Assembly: GCA_965238005.1 (NCBI GenBank)
Contig: OZ250165.1
Location: forward strand, 2,048,001-2,112,000
Reading direction: 5' to 3'
Source of the DNA: Longimicrobiales bacterium
GTDB taxonomy: Bacteria > Gemmatimonadota > Gemmatimonadetes > Longimicrobiales > Gaopeijiaceae
Length of the DNA stretch: 64,000 nucleotides
In this document: positions 9,665 through 19,744 of the stretch, piece after piece
How positions within the stretch are numbered: position 1 is the first letter of the stretch
Layout: every line of letters starts with the position of its first letter
Translations under genes and position numbers: made by a program
Notes under the pieces: generated by a model
What the model was told of the DNA's origin: nothing
The model's database searches: none
What the model saw: the letters and a program-made list of their open reading frames with translations, nothing else

Positions 9665-10368
9665 GGTGATCCCCCCTCGGCGTAGAGGTGCCGCACGCCG
9701 TCCTGCGCGCCTACCACCACCTCCGTGGCCATGCCCAGGAAGAGCCCGGACTCGACGATTCCTGCCCTGGAGGCCAGGGCGGCGTCCAGCGCCTCGGGAT
9801 CATCGATGCCGTCGGGGAAGTGACAGTCGATGATGTAGTTCCCGTTGTCCGTGGTGAAAGGCTGCCGATCGGAACGTTTGCGGATGACCGGTCGGGCGCC
9901 CTGCGACTGCAGGAACTTCTCGTGGACCTCCCATCCGAACTGGATGACCTCGACCGGCACTGGAGATCTCTGGCCGAGCCTGTCCACCACCTTCGCGTCG
10001 TCCACGATGATGGCGAGCCGCGAAGAGGCTTGGGCGACCATCTTCTCCCGCAGGAGCGCACCGCCCAGGCCCTTGATGAGGTTCATGTGCGGGTCCACCT
10101 CATCCGCGCCGTCTACGGTCAGGTCCAGGAAGGGGTGCTCGGCCAACGACGTCAGGGGGATCCCCAGCTCTCTGGCCTCCCGGGCCGTCCAGAGAGACGT
10201 CGGCACGCCCAACACGTTCCGGAGCCCGCCACGGTTTAGCCGTTCGGCGAGAAAGAGGAGGAAGTGAGCTACGGTCGAGCCAGTGCCCAGACCGACACGC
10301 ATACCGGCCTCGACTAGTCCCGCCGCCTCCAGGCCGGCGGCTCGCTTCAGGGTTTCAGCGTCGGCCAA
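9661..10368 (-). CDS. rpiA: ribose-5-phosphate isomerase A
   Basis: GLGTGST, DGADEVD, IKGLGGALLREK, TDNGNYIID. Confidence 0.97.
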   Translation of the reverse strand: MADAETLKRAAGLEAAGLVEAGMRVGLGTGSTVAHFLLFLAERLNRGGLRNVLGVPTSLWTAREARELGIPLTSLAEHPFLDLTVDGADEVDPHMNLIKGLGGALLREKMVAQASSRLAIIVDDAKVVDRLGQRSPVPVEVIQFGWEVHEKFLQSQGARPVIRKRSDRQPFTTDNGNYIIDCHFPDGIDDPEALDAALASRAGIVESGLFLGMATEVVVGAQDGVRHLYAEGGSP

Positions 10369-10402
10369 GCCCGATTCCCGAGCAAGCAGGCGTGTGGATC
10401 GC

Positions 10403-11341
10403 TCAGGCCCCGAATTCCTTCATCATGCCCTGAACCCGCTCGCTGATAGCCAGCGCCTCGTCGAAGGGCCTCTGCCACATGTTTCGGCCGAAGATGAGCC
10501 CCGTGGCACCCGCTTCCATGGCGGTGCGGGCTTTGTTCATCAGGTCGTCGTCGCCGAGCTTGCTCCCCCCGGAGAAGAGCACCAGGGCGCGACCGGCAGA
10601 CACGACCACGCGCCTGGCGCCTTCGCCGTAGTCGTAGTCGATCTCTGCATAGTCCTTGGGCTGATCCCCATCCTTGGGGCCGTGCTTGGGAATGTTCAGC
10701 TTGACGATGTCCGCTCCCAGCTCCAATGCCACCCGGGCGGCATAGTCCACCGCGTAAAGGCTGTCCCGTCCGCCCTTCCCCTCGATGGCCGATCCGCGCG
10801 GATAGGACCAGACCACGAGCGGCATGTTGTACTTGTCGCAGTCCTCGCGGACCATCTGGAGCTGTTGGATGTCCTCATCCTGCCGAGGCGAGCCCACGTA
10901 GAGCGTGTATCCGACGGCGTCGGCTCCCAACGCCACCGCGTCTTCCACGCTGCCCGTCATCGTCGAGAGGGCATCGGCATCCGAGGGGATTGCCGTCTTC
11001 CCGTTGATCTTGAGGAGGAGCGGTACCTCACCGGCGTACTTGGACATGTACTTCCGGGCGAGGCCGTAATGGCACGCCACGGCGTTGAAGTTTCCCTCCA
11101 GGGCGAGACGCCACTGGAAGTCCGGATCCTGTGACGGAGGGTTCGGGAAGAAGTCGATGGGTCCATGCTCGAGGCCCTGATCGATGGGCAGAATGCGGAG
11201 CGTCCCGTTCTTGAGCCCTCGGCCATAGAGGAGGCGGCGGAGACGCACGCGCTTGCCGAGCGGCAGATCGAGCTCATCCAGGACGGGCCGGCCAACAGTG
11301 CCGGTCACCGGGGTCTCGGGAGCCGCGGTGGCAGTGGACAT
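10403..11341 (-). CDS. class I (DhnA-type) fructose-bisphosphate aldolase
   Basis: LPIDQGLEHGP, WSYPRG, ELGADIVK (Schiff-base Lys), GLIFGRN. Confidence 0.9.
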   Translation of the reverse strand: MSTATAAPETPVTGTVGRPVLDELDLPLGKRVRLRRLLYGRGLKNGTLRILPIDQGLEHGPIDFFPNPPSQDPDFQWRLALEGNFNAVACHYGLARKYMSKYAGEVPLLLKINGKTAIPSDADALSTMTGSVEDAVALGADAVGYTLYVGSPRQDEDIQQLQMVREDCDKYNMPLVVWSYPRGSAIEGKGGRDSLYAVDYAARVALELGADIVKLNIPKHGPKDGDQPKDYAEIDYDYGEGARRVVVSAGRALVLFSGGSKLGDDDLMNKARTAMEAGATGLIFGRNMWQRPFDEALAISERVQGMMKEFGA

Positions 11342-11470
11342 GGACTATCCTCCAAGAGTCGAGAAACCAGGGTCTCGTGGGCGATTTTCGTGGGGAAATC
11401 TATCGGTCCCAGTGGGCCGAGACCAGCCCGCTCCTTGACTCAACTCGGGCGTCTGGGCAGCTTACACTCC

Positions 11471-11539
11471 ATGATTCGTCAGCGCGCATATCAGGCATAT
11501 TATTTTTTCTATCGGCCCCCCACGGGAGCAGGCGGCTGA
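11471..11539 (+). CDS. aroF leader peptide MIRQRAYQAYYFFYRPPTGAGG (Tyr/Phe-rich)
   Basis: 22-codon ORF with 4 Tyr and 2 Phe codons within 8 codons, 100 bp upstream of DAHP synthase and followed by an intrinsic terminator. Confidence 0.8.
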   Translation: MIRQRAYQAYYFFYRPPTGAGG

Positions 11540-11575
11540 CGCGCGCACACTGACCACGGAACGCGCTCCGCCCCG

Positions 11576-11604
11576 AGGCTCCCGACTCAGTCGGGGGCTT
11601 TTTT
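11576..11604 (+). terminator. attenuator terminator in the aroF leader
   Basis: Stem GCTCCCGAC/GTCGGGGGC, loop TCA, followed by T6. CGGGAGC at 11523-11529 can pair with its 5' arm as an antiterminator. Confidence 0.8.
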
Positions 11605-11638
11605 GTTGGGTGGCACGGACACGACATGAGAAAGAACC

Positions 11639-12673
11639 ATGATCATCATCACGCGCCATGACGTGACGGACGACGAGCTCGACCACATACGTGAGCGAGT
11701 GGAGGCCCTAGGGCTCCGCACCCATCTGTCACGGGGCGAGCACCGGACCGTGATCGGGTGCATCGGCGACGAAGAGCGGCTGGCCCACGCGCCCCTGCTC
11801 TCGATCCCGGGCGTAGAGGCGGTTCACGCCGTCATGAAGCCCTACAAGCTGGCGAGCCGGCAATTCAGTGCTGGGCCCACGCAGGTGTCTCTGGGAGACG
11901 GCTCTGTCGGAGGCGAGGCGCTCATGGTGATCGCCGGCCCCTGCTCGGTCGAAGGGATGGAGATGCTCTCCGAGACCGCCAAGCGGGTGAAGGCCGCGGG
12001 GGCCGTGGGCTTGAGAGGCGGAGCCTTCAAGCCCAGGAGCTCGCCCTACTCCTTCGACGGCCTTGGTGAAGAGGGCCTCAAGATGCTGGCCGAGGTCCGG
12101 GCGGCCACCGGGCTTCCCGTGGTCACCGAGGTCATGGATACCCGGCTGGTAGAGCTGGTGGCGGCCTATGCCGACGTGCTCCAAATCGGCGCCCGCAACA
12201 TGCAGAATTTCTCGCTGCTCACTGAGGTGGGGCGGCTCCGCCGTCCCATCCTCCTCAAGCGAGGCATGTCTGCCAAGATCAAGGACTTGCTCTTGGCCGC
12301 CGAGTACGTCATGAAGCAGGGCAACATGAGCGTGATCCTGTGCGAGCGGGGGATCCGGACCTTCGAGGACGCGACCCGGAACACCTTCGATCTGGCCGCC
12401 ATCCCGGTCCTCAAGAAGGAGACGCACCTCCCGGTGATCGCCGATCCGAGCCACGCGGGCGGAAGGCGGGATCTGGTGGCCCCCCTGTCCTATGCAGCCA
12501 TCGCCGCCGGAGCGGACGGTCTCCTCATCGAGGTCCACCCTGATCCGGAGATGGCCGTGTCGGACGGAGAGCAGTCCCTGAGGTTCGGGGAGTTCGACTC
12601 GCTCATGGAGGGACTGGAGCCCTTCGCGGCGGCGGTGGGAAGGAGCCTAGGGAGGGTGCCCGCGGAGGCCTAG
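11639..12673 (+). CDS. aroF: DAHP synthase type I-beta with N-terminal regulatory domain
   Basis: [44 protein letters not shown]. Confidence 0.95.
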   Translation: MIIITRHDVTDDELDHIRERVEALGLRTHLSRGEHRTVIGCIGDEERLAHAPLLSIPGVEAVHAVMKPYKLASRQFSAGPTQVSLGDGSVGGEALMVIAGPCSVEGMEMLSETAKRVKAAGAVGLRGGAFKPRSSPYSFDGLGEEGLKMLAEVRAATGLPVVTEVMDTRLVELVAAYADVLQIGARNMQNFSLLTEVGRLRRPILLKRGMSAKIKDLLLAAEYVMKQGNMSVILCERGIRTFEDATRNTFDLAAIPVLKKETHLPVIADPSHAGGRRDLVAPLSYAAIAAGADGLLIEVHPDPEMAVSDGEQSLRFGEFDSLMEGLEPFAAAVGRSLGRVPAEA

Positions 12674-14076
12674 GAGCTGAGCTTGCCGGCCGCCGCTTCG
12701 ATCTGCGCCTGGACCGCGGCCCGCGCCGTGCCGCCAGACGCGCTCCTAGCCTCCACGGAGCGATCCCACGAGAAGACGTCCAGCACGTCCGATCGGAAGG
12801 ACGGGTGTGCCGCCCGGAAATCGTCCAGCTCGAGACCGTCCAACACCACTCCCCGCTCCTCCGCAATGCGCACGACGTTGGCGACGGCCTCGTGGGCCTT
12901 CCGGAACGGAACGCCGGCCCTCACCAGGTAGTCGGCGAGGTCAGTGGCGAGAAGCTGCGTATCCAACGCCGCCTCAATGCGAGCGGGTTGGAACTCCGCC
13001 GTGCGCACCGCGCCTGCCACGGCCGGTAGCACCACCGCCAGCGTGTCCACCGAGTCGAAGAGCGTCTCCTTGTCCTCCTGCAGGTCACGGTTGTAGCCCG
13101 TGGGCAGGCCCTTCAAGACCGTGAGGAGCGACATGAGGTTGCCTATGAGGCGCCCCGCCTTGCCACGGACCAGCTCGGCCACGTCGGGGTTCCTCTTCTG
13201 GGGCATGAGGCTGGAGCCGGTACTGAACCCGTCGGACAGGCGCACGAACCCGAACTCTTTGGATCCGAACAGCACCAGATCCTCGGCCAGACGCGACAGA
13301 TGAACGCCGATGCGAGCCGCGGCGAAGGAGAGCTCCACCGCCCAGTCGCGGTCACTCACCGCGTCGATGCTGTTTTCGGAGACGCGATCGAACCCCAGCT
13401 CCTCCCGGATGAGCTCCCGATCGATGGGGAACGGACATCCGGCGATGGCACCGGAGCCCAGCGGTAGGACGCCCGCGTGTGCACCGGCGGCCTCCAAGAG
13501 CTCTCCGTCACGCTCCAGCGGCCAGAAGTGGGAGAGCGCCCAGTGCGCCGCCCGGACGGGCTGACCCTGCTGGAGGTGTGTGTAGCCCGGAAGAATGATG
13601 TCCAAGGAGTCCCGGGCCCAGTCCAGCAACGCACCCTGAACACCGCGGAGCCCGGCACGGAGAGCATCCACCACCTCCATGCCCCAGATCCGGAAGTCCG
13701 TCGCCACCTGGTCGTTTCGGGATCGCCCGGTATGGAGCTTCCCGGCCACGTCTCCCACCTCCTCGTGCAGGAGTCGCTCGACCAGCGAGTGGATGTCCTC
13801 GTCGTGCTCGCCGGAGTGGTCCCTGTTCGTGAGGCGCCTCGCCACCCGGTCCAACCCTTCGATCAGCGTTTCTCCCTCCGCCTCGCTGAGCACGCCCGCC
13901 CGCTCGAGGGCGCGGACCCAGGCACAGCTCCCTCGCACGTCCTGGGGCCACAGCCGGATATCTACATCGAGGCTGCGGTTCAGCGGAACCATCTCCGGAG
14001 ACATGGAGCCCTCGATCCGCCCGCTCCACAGCGGAGCCTCCGGTGGCCCTTCGGCGGTGGTCCCCGTGGGAATCAC
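12670..14076 (-). CDS. argH: argininosuccinate lyase
   Basis: [41 protein letters not shown]. Confidence 0.97.
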   Translation of the reverse strand: MIPTGTTAEGPPEAPLWSGRIEGSMSPEMVPLNRSLDVDIRLWPQDVRGSCAWVRALERAGVLSEAEGETLIEGLDRVARRLTNRDHSGEHDEDIHSLVERLLHEEVGDVAGKLHTGRSRNDQVATDFRIWGMEVVDALRAGLRGVQGALLDWARDSLDIILPGYTHLQQGQPVRAAHWALSHFWPLERDGELLEAAGAHAGVLPLGSGAIAGCPFPIDRELIREELGFDRVSENSIDAVSDRDWAVELSFAAARIGVHLSRLAEDLVLFGSKEFGFVRLSDGFSTGSSLMPQKRNPDVAELVRGKAGRLIGNLMSLLTVLKGLPTGYNRDLQEDKETLFDSVDTLAVVLPAVAGAVRTAEFQPARIEAALDTQLLATDLADYLVRAGVPFRKAHEAVANVVRIAEERGVVLDGLELDDFRAAHPSFRSDVLDVFSWDRSVEARSASGGTARAAVQAQIEAAAGKLSS

Positions 14077-15335
14077 CCCACCGGAGTCTTCGGCACCACC
14101 GCCTTGGGGATCTCGTTCACGGCCGCTTGCGACTCGCGCCGGCCGGCGTCCCGCTCGGCAGCTACCCGGGCAGGAAGCCCGAAGAGCTTGATGAACCCAT
14201 CTGCGTCGGCGTGGTCGTACGTGTCGTCCTCGCCGAAGGAGGCGAGACCGGCGTCATAGAGCGACTGGGAGCTCCAGCGTGAAGCCACGCCGGCGGAGCC
14301 CTTGTAGAGCTTCAGACGAACCACGCCCGTGACCCGCCTCATGAGAACATCCATGAAGGCGTCGATGGCTTCGCGCTCCGGCGTCCACCACCAACCCTCG
14401 TAAACGAGATCGGCGTACCGCGCCGCCAGCTGGTCCTTGTAGGCCAGGGCGCGCCGATCCAGCGTGAGCTGCTCGAGCTCCTGGAGGGCGGTGTGGAGGA
14501 GAGTGCCTCCGGGCGTCTCGTAGATGCCCCGCGACTTCATGCCGACCAACCGGTCCTCAACGAGGTCGATGCGTCCGACACCGTGCCGGGAACCGATCTG
14601 ATTGAGAGTCTCCAGGAGGCTCACAGAATCCATGGCCTCACCGTTGACCGACACCGGCAGTCCCTCTTCGAAAGCGAGCTCCACATACTCCGGCGTACTC
14701 GGCGCCAGCTCGGGGGACAGCGTCCAGAGATAGATAGACTCATCGGGCTCGAAGGACGGGTCCTCGAGGGGACCGCCCTCGTGGGAGACGTGCCAGAGGT
14801 TCTCGTCCCGGGAGTAGAGCTTGCCGTCGAGACCGTCCAAGGGAATCTGGCGTACTCGAGCGTACTCGAACGCCTCCTCCCGGGAGTGGAGATCCCACTC
14901 GCGCCACGGGGCGATCACCCTGAGGTCCGGCGCGAGCGCCGTGAAGGTGAGCTCGAAGCGAACCTGGTCGTTCCCCTTGCCGGTGCATCCGTGGGCCAGG
15001 GCGTCTGCCCCGACCTCGCGAGCGATCTCCACCATACGCCGACCGATGATCGGCCGCGCCATGGAAGTCCCGAGAAGGTACTTGCGGCCGTACACCGCCC
15101 CGGAGCGGAGCGTAGGCCAGACGAAGCCCTCGACGAAGCTCTGCCGCAGATCCTCTCCGTAGAACTCCGAGGCCCCCGTAGCCTTGGCCTTTTCCTCCAG
15201 TCCGTCGAGACCACCCTGTTGGCCGACATTGGCCGCCACACAGATCACCTCCGCGCCGTAGTTCTCTCGGAGCCACGGCACGATGACGGAGGTGTCCAAC
15301 CCTCCCGAGTATCCCAGGACGACTTTGAGAGCCAT
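14073..15335 (-). CDS. argG: argininosuccinate synthase
   Basis: YSGGLDTS, HGCTGKGNDQVRFE, GMKSRGIYETPG. Start set at ATG 15335 (MALKVVLG). Confidence 0.97.
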   Translation of the reverse strand: MALKVVLGYSGGLDTSVIVPWLRENYGAEVICVAANVGQQGGLDGLEEKAKATGASEFYGEDLRQSFVEGFVWPTLRSGAVYGRKYLLGTSMARPIIGRRMVEIAREVGADALAHGCTGKGNDQVRFELTFTALAPDLRVIAPWREWDLHSREEAFEYARVRQIPLDGLDGKLYSRDENLWHVSHEGGPLEDPSFEPDESIYLWTLSPELAPSTPEYVELAFEEGLPVSVNGEAMDSVSLLETLNQIGSRHGVGRIDLVEDRLVGMKSRGIYETPGGTLLHTALQELEQLTLDRRALAYKDQLAARYADLVYEGWWWTPEREAIDAFMDVLMRRVTGVVRLKLYKGSAGVASRWSSQSLYDAGLASFGEDDTYDHADADGFIKLFGLPARVAAERDAGRRESQAAVNEIPKAVVPKTPVG

Positions 15336-15465
15336 GAGACGCTTTCTTCGTCTTCTTCGTCGCTTGCGGACAAAAAACGCGGGCCGGGAGCGGAACCAGC
15401 CACTTCCCGCCAAAGTGCGCTGGTGACGGCGGACCGTCTTAACACCACTCCCGTACCCGGTCGTT

Positions 15466-15532
15466 TTTACAAATATCCGACAAGGTCGAATATTTATGCC
15501 CCAAGCATAGGGAAGTAATGGGACGGTGTCAA
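15466..15532 (-). promoter_or_regulatory. argGH promoter with tandem ARG-box-like operators
   Basis: Minus strand TTGACA (15532-15527), 17 bp, TATGCT (15509-15504). CGAATATTTATGCC (15487-15500) resembles the ARG core TGAATAwwwATGCA, with a weaker copy 21 bp away (15466-15479). argR is adjacent. Confidence 0.7.
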
Positions 15533-15605
15533 GTCTTGCAAACTTAACAAGAACCTAATGCCAAACAAGGATCTCGTGTGTCGGGGAGGGGCCTCTTCAG
15601 CCTCC

Positions 15606-16067
15606 TCACCCCGGATCCCCACCCGCAATTTCTATCAGTCGGTCACGGATGGTAGGCATATGTTTCCGGTCCCTGAGGACCACGATAATGGTGTCCTCGC
15701 CGGCCACGGTGCCGATCACCTCGGGCCAGTCCTCCCAGTCGATGGCCGTGGCCACGGCGGCGGCACCCGACAACAAGGTGCGGATGACGACGAGGTTCTC
15801 CGTCCCCTCGGCCGAGAGGAAGAGGATGGGCAGCAGGGTGCCGAGTGGGGGCTTGTGCTCCCACGCCTCCGGCAGCCGGTAGTACGACACGCCCTGGGCC
15901 CCCCGGACCTTGACGAGGCGGAGCTCCCGGATGTCCCGGGAGAGTGTGGCCTGCGTTACCTGGATCCCTTCCTTTCCCAGAAGCTCCCGCAGGGCCTCAT
16001 GACTGGTGACCCGGTTGGACTTCACCAGGTCCAAGATGACGGCCTGCCGCTCTTGCTTGCTACTCAC
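15606..16067 (-). CDS. argR: arginine repressor
   Basis: VTQATLSRDIREL, GTVAGEDT. Confidence 0.95.
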   Translation of the reverse strand: MSSKQERQAVILDLVKSNRVTSHEALRELLGKEGIQVTQATLSRDIRELRLVKVRGAQGVSYYRLPEAWEHKPPLGTLLPILFLSAEGTENLVVIRTLLSGAAAVATAIDWEDWPEVIGTVAGEDTIIVVLRDRKHMPTIRDRLIEIAGGDPG

Positions 16068-16527
16068 TGCTCGACACCGTTCCCACGGCTTGCTCCACCA
16101 TGTCCCGGACCTTATCGGGCTCGAAGCCGACGCTCCTCGCCATCTCCTCCCCTCCCTTGAAGAGGATCAACGTCGGGACTCCTCGTATGCCGAGGCGTTG
16201 GACGATGTCCTGGGCGCGATCCGTATCCACCTTGGCAACCAGCATCTCGCCCGTGTGCGCACCGGCGATCTCGTCCACCAGGGGGGCCACCATCTTGCAC
16301 GGCCCACACCAATCCGCGTAGAAATCGACGAGGACGGGCGCGGTCGAGCCCAGAACCGTACGGTCGAAGTCCTCTGCGGTCACCTTCACGGGCCGGTCCA
16401 GAAGCATGGGCTTTCCGCAGTCGCCACATGCCGGCCGGTCCCCTGCCCTGCTCAGATCCAACGCGTTCAGCTTCAGGCAGAACGGACAGCGCACCGTCAC
16501 CCGGTTGTCCTTCCGATCCTCATTCAC
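16060..16527 (-). CDS. trxC: thioredoxin 2 with N-terminal Zn ribbon
   Basis: CPFC...CGDC, WCGPC. Confidence 0.92.
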   Translation of the reverse strand: MNEDRKDNRVTVRCPFCLKLNALDLSRAGDRPACGDCGKPMLLDRPVKVTAEDFDRTVLGSTAPVLVDFYADWCGPCKMVAPLVDEIAGAHTGEMLVAKVDTDRAQDIVQRLGIRGVPTLILFKGGEEMARSVGFEPDKVRDMVEQAVGTVSSSE

Positions 16528-16613
16528 GCACTACCTCACTCACACACTACCTCCTGCCGGGTTCGGCGATCGGTACCCCAAAAGGGGGTCGTCCAGTTCC
16601 TCCCGACAATGCC

Positions 16614-16648
16614 AAAGCGGGGCTCGGAGACGCTTCCCCGAGCCCCAC
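16614..16648 (-). terminator. probable terminator downstream of the TonB-dependent receptor
   Basis: GGGGCTCGG/CCGAGCCCC stem with only a short T tract on the minus strand. Confidence 0.5.
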
Positions 16649-16692
16649 CTGAAGCCGCCACCGACCGATGTCTACCGACCGCGGCCGAGTTC

Positions 16693-19533
16693 CTAGAACA
16701 GGTCGTACTTGATCTGGGCCATCACAAACTGTCCGATCTCGGGCACGCCGACGAAGCTCCGGTACGCCTCATCGAAGAGGTTCGAGACGGTCACTTGAAG
16801 CGTGGCCCGCGTGTTCGGGATCTTGTATCCCGCCGTGACGTCCACCAGGGTGTACCCGTCCACGCACTCCTCCTCGAAGAGGAGGGTGTTCGCGGGACGA
16901 CCGGTCTCACAGGTGATGCCCGTGAAGCCGGCCGACTCCGCCGGGAATCCGGCGTTTGCCCGAACACGGACTTCGGCGTTGAAGCCGGCCCGGGCGTTCC
17001 GGTACGCCAGCGAGAGCGAGCCCTTGAGCGCGGGCGCATTGAGAGCGATGGGAGCGATGCCGTTTTCGATCTCGGTGAGGTCGAAGTAGTCGTCGCTCAC
17101 CCAGGATCCCGTGGCGGCCAGGGTCCACTCGTCGTTCAGGAAGGCCTTCACCGCGAAGTCGGCGCCGTACATGTCCAAGTCGCCGGCGTTCACGTAGGTG
17201 AACAGCAGGTTCGCCGCGCTGGCGTTGACCCCGTCGGACGAGACCACGCCCAGGGGGACATCTTCCAGGCCTTGCTCGCCACCCGCTCCGTCACCGCCGT
17301 TGGCCAGCAGAGCAGCTTGGTCTTCAGCCAGGCCCTGGGCTATGGGCTGTGGGAGACCCGTCTGCGCCATGATGGCCCCGGTCAGTCGGGGCACCAGGAA
17401 TTCGATCATGGAGGCACCGTCGAGGAGGAAAAGCGGCGTCCTGACGACCAAGGGCGAGACGAAGTCCTTCCTCTTGGAGTACCAGACGTCCGCCGCGATG
17501 AGGACCTTGTTGTTGACGAGGCCCTGATACCCCACCTCGAAGGTCGTCGACTTGCTCTCCTTGAGCTTCCCGACGTTGCGCACCGACCCGCTGGTGAGAG
17601 GTGCCACGGCACCGGTGCTCAGATCCAGGAAGTTGATATCGATGTCGGTGCTGGAGGGGCTCAGGCTTCCAAGGAAGGCCGCGGTGGCGCCGTCGATGGA
17701 TCCCTGAGCGGCGAGAAAGCCGACACCGAGCTGCCAGAGCGTGGCCGCGTCGACGGGAAGGAGCTGTCCCGGACCGCCCGGGTTGAAGGGCGAGCGCATC
17801 CCGACGAGGCTTCCGTCGGGATTCACGAACGTGAAGCCCTGGCTGGTGCCCTGGAGCCGCACCCGATAACCCAGGGGGGACAACGCACCTGCCCCGCCAG
17901 CGGAGATGTCCAGGAACATGTTGAGCGTGCTGGGCTCGGAGAAGGCCCGGTTGTAGGTGAAGCGGATGCTGTGGTTATCCTTCGGCTCGAAGACGAGGGC
18001 CGCCCGGGGCGAGAAGACGTTCTTCTCGAGCTCGGAGTGCGTGTCGATCCGGCCGGCCAGCACCAGGTCCAGCTTCTCCGAGAGCTCGGTCTTGGACTGA
18101 ACGTAGACCCCGAACTGAGTGAGGTTGTCGTCGTCTTCGTACCGGCCGTTGATCGTCCCTTCGGTCCGCGGGTTCGTGGAGAAGTAGTCGACCCCGTAGG
18201 TGAAGTCGTACTTGCCGTCGGAGAGATCTCGGCCGTGCTGGATCTGCCCCACGAAGAGCCGGGATTTGTCGACCAGGGGCGCGCCGTCACGCAGCAGGAA
18301 GCTGTTGCCGGCATCGCTGGTGTTGAGGTACACCTGGGCGAAGAGCCGGTCCACGTTCATGCGCGTCTGGAAGTACTGGTACTTCCAGTCCTTGGTCTGC
18401 CCCCCGCCCCCCCCAGTGAGCTCGATCCCCGACGAGTTGGTGAGCCCGTAGTTGAGGCTCAACCGGCCGTCGTCGACGAAAGCCCAGTCGGCCCTGGCGT
18501 CCACGGATTGGCGCTGGAAGTCGAAGTCCCGATTCCCGACGTTGCCGAGCGCGGCGTCCGCCTCGGCCTGGGTCAGGCCGCGAGCCAGGCGCTCCGCGAT
18601 GAACGCGGTGGGATCCTCAAAAGCGGCCGCTCGATTCGCCTGCTCCTCCGGATCCACGAAGCGCCACTCGTCCCCCGCCACCGCCTGCCCGGAGATCTTG
18701 AAGGCGAAGTTGTCGGAGAGCTTGTGGACGGTTCGGAACGAGCCCTGGAACACCTTCTTTCCCTGTCCGGCGGCCAGCGTGACGGTGGTCCCCTGACTGG
18801 TGAGGGGCGACTTGGTAATCATGTGGAGGACGCCGTTTGCCGTCTGGGGGCCGTACAGCGCCGAGCCGGGCCCCAGAACCACCTCGATCCGCTCCAGGTC
18901 TTCACTGATGGACGGGACGAAGTGGATGAGGTTGACCTGGATCGAAGGAAGGCCGGCGAGCCGGTTGTCGGTAAGGACGTGTAGGGCCCCGGAGAAGATG
19001 TTGTTGAAGCCCCGAATCACGACGTTGGTGGCCTGCGTTCCGTGCGAGATGACGTCCACGCCCGGCACCGCCTTCATGTGATCCACGAGAGTCACCGCCG
19101 GCCGCTCCGCGATCTCGGTTTCGCTGACCACGTGGGTCGTGGCGGGCGCGTCCGTGTTCTTCTCTTCCCCCCGAGATGCCGACACGACGATTGCGTTGAG
19201 CTCCAGGGCCTGGGACGTCATGGTCACGTCGAGCGTGGTGGTGGAGCCGGCTCGGATGGAAATGCCGTCCTGGCGGTAATCGCGGTACCCGAGGCTCGAG
19301 ATGATGATCGCATACGTGCCGGCCGGTGCGGAGAGGGTGAACCGCCCGGCGTCGTTGGTGAGCGTCAGGGGGGCCCCGCCGCCCAGGACCTCGACTCCGG
19401 CATTGACCAGGGGCATGCCCGTCTCCGCGTCGGTGATGGTTCCGGAGAGCGCTCCGGTCTGGGCGGCCGCAGGGCTCATCCCAGCCAGAAGGAGCCCCAG
19501 CGAAACGGCCCACATCGTAGGCTTCAGGCGCAT
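16693..19533 (-). CDS. TonB-dependent outer-membrane receptor with N-terminal carboxypeptidase-regulatory-like domain
   Basis: Signal peptide, IVVSASR TonB box, ERIEVVLGPGSALYG plug motif, NLFD, C-terminal Phe. Confidence 0.92.
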   Translation of the reverse strand: MRLKPTMWAVSLGLLLAGMSPAAAQTGALSGTITDAETGMPLVNAGVEVLGGGAPLTLTNDAGRFTLSAPAGTYAIIISSLGYRDYRQDGISIRAGSTTTLDVTMTSQALELNAIVVSASRGEEKNTDAPATTHVVSETEIAERPAVTLVDHMKAVPGVDVISHGTQATNVVIRGFNNIFSGALHVLTDNRLAGLPSIQVNLIHFVPSISEDLERIEVVLGPGSALYGPQTANGVLHMITKSPLTSQGTTVTLAAGQGKKVFQGSFRTVHKLSDNFAFKISGQAVAGDEWRFVDPEEQANRAAAFEDPTAFIAERLARGLTQAEADAALGNVGNRDFDFQRQSVDARADWAFVDDGRLSLNYGLTNSSGIELTGGGGGQTKDWKYQYFQTRMNVDRLFAQVYLNTSDAGNSFLLRDGAPLVDKSRLFVGQIQHGRDLSDGKYDFTYGVDYFSTNPRTEGTINGRYEDDDNLTQFGVYVQSKTELSEKLDLVLAGRIDTHSELEKNVFSPRAALVFEPKDNHSIRFTYNRAFSEPSTLNMFLDISAGGAGALSPLGYRVRLQGTSQGFTFVNPDGSLVGMRSPFNPGGPGQLLPVDAATLWQLGVGFLAAQGSIDGATAAFLGSLSPSSTDIDINFLDLSTGAVAPLTSGSVRNVGKLKESKSTTFEVGYQGLVNNKVLIAADVWYSKRKDFVSPLVVRTPLFLLDGASMIEFLVPRLTGAIMAQTGLPQPIAQGLAEDQAALLANGGDGAGGEQGLEDVPLGVVSSDGVNASAANLLFTYVNAGDLDMYGADFAVKAFLNDEWTLAATGSWVSDDYFDLTEIENGIAPIALNAPALKGSLSLAYRNARAGFNAEVRVRANAGFPAESAGFTGITCETGRPANTLLFEEECVDGYTLVDVTAGYKIPNTRATLQVTVSNLFDEAYRSFVGVPEIGQFVMAQIKYDLF

Positions 19534-19744
19534 GAAACGACCTCTCGATCAATGGTGAGGGGACGTCTGGGATCGTGCCTGACCCCAAGCAGTCCTTGCC
19601 GTGAGGCCCCGTCAAGGCGCCCGGCGCCGCCTCACGGGCGAGCGGGACAGACCAGCACCGGGTTGCGAGGCCAAGGTACACCAGGGACAATAGGTGAGCA
19701 ACGTTCGTTTACGCCGTTCTTCAGGCTTCTCTTGACAGTCCTCC

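Noticed and set aside
16006..18984. 992-aa plus-strand ORF and similar long ORFs (2860-4548, 4875-7160, 43091-45073, 52574-53848, 55657-57222, 213-1160)
   Set aside because: They are antisense or alternate-frame shadows of well-supported genes, expected in high-GC DNA, and show no recognisable motifs.
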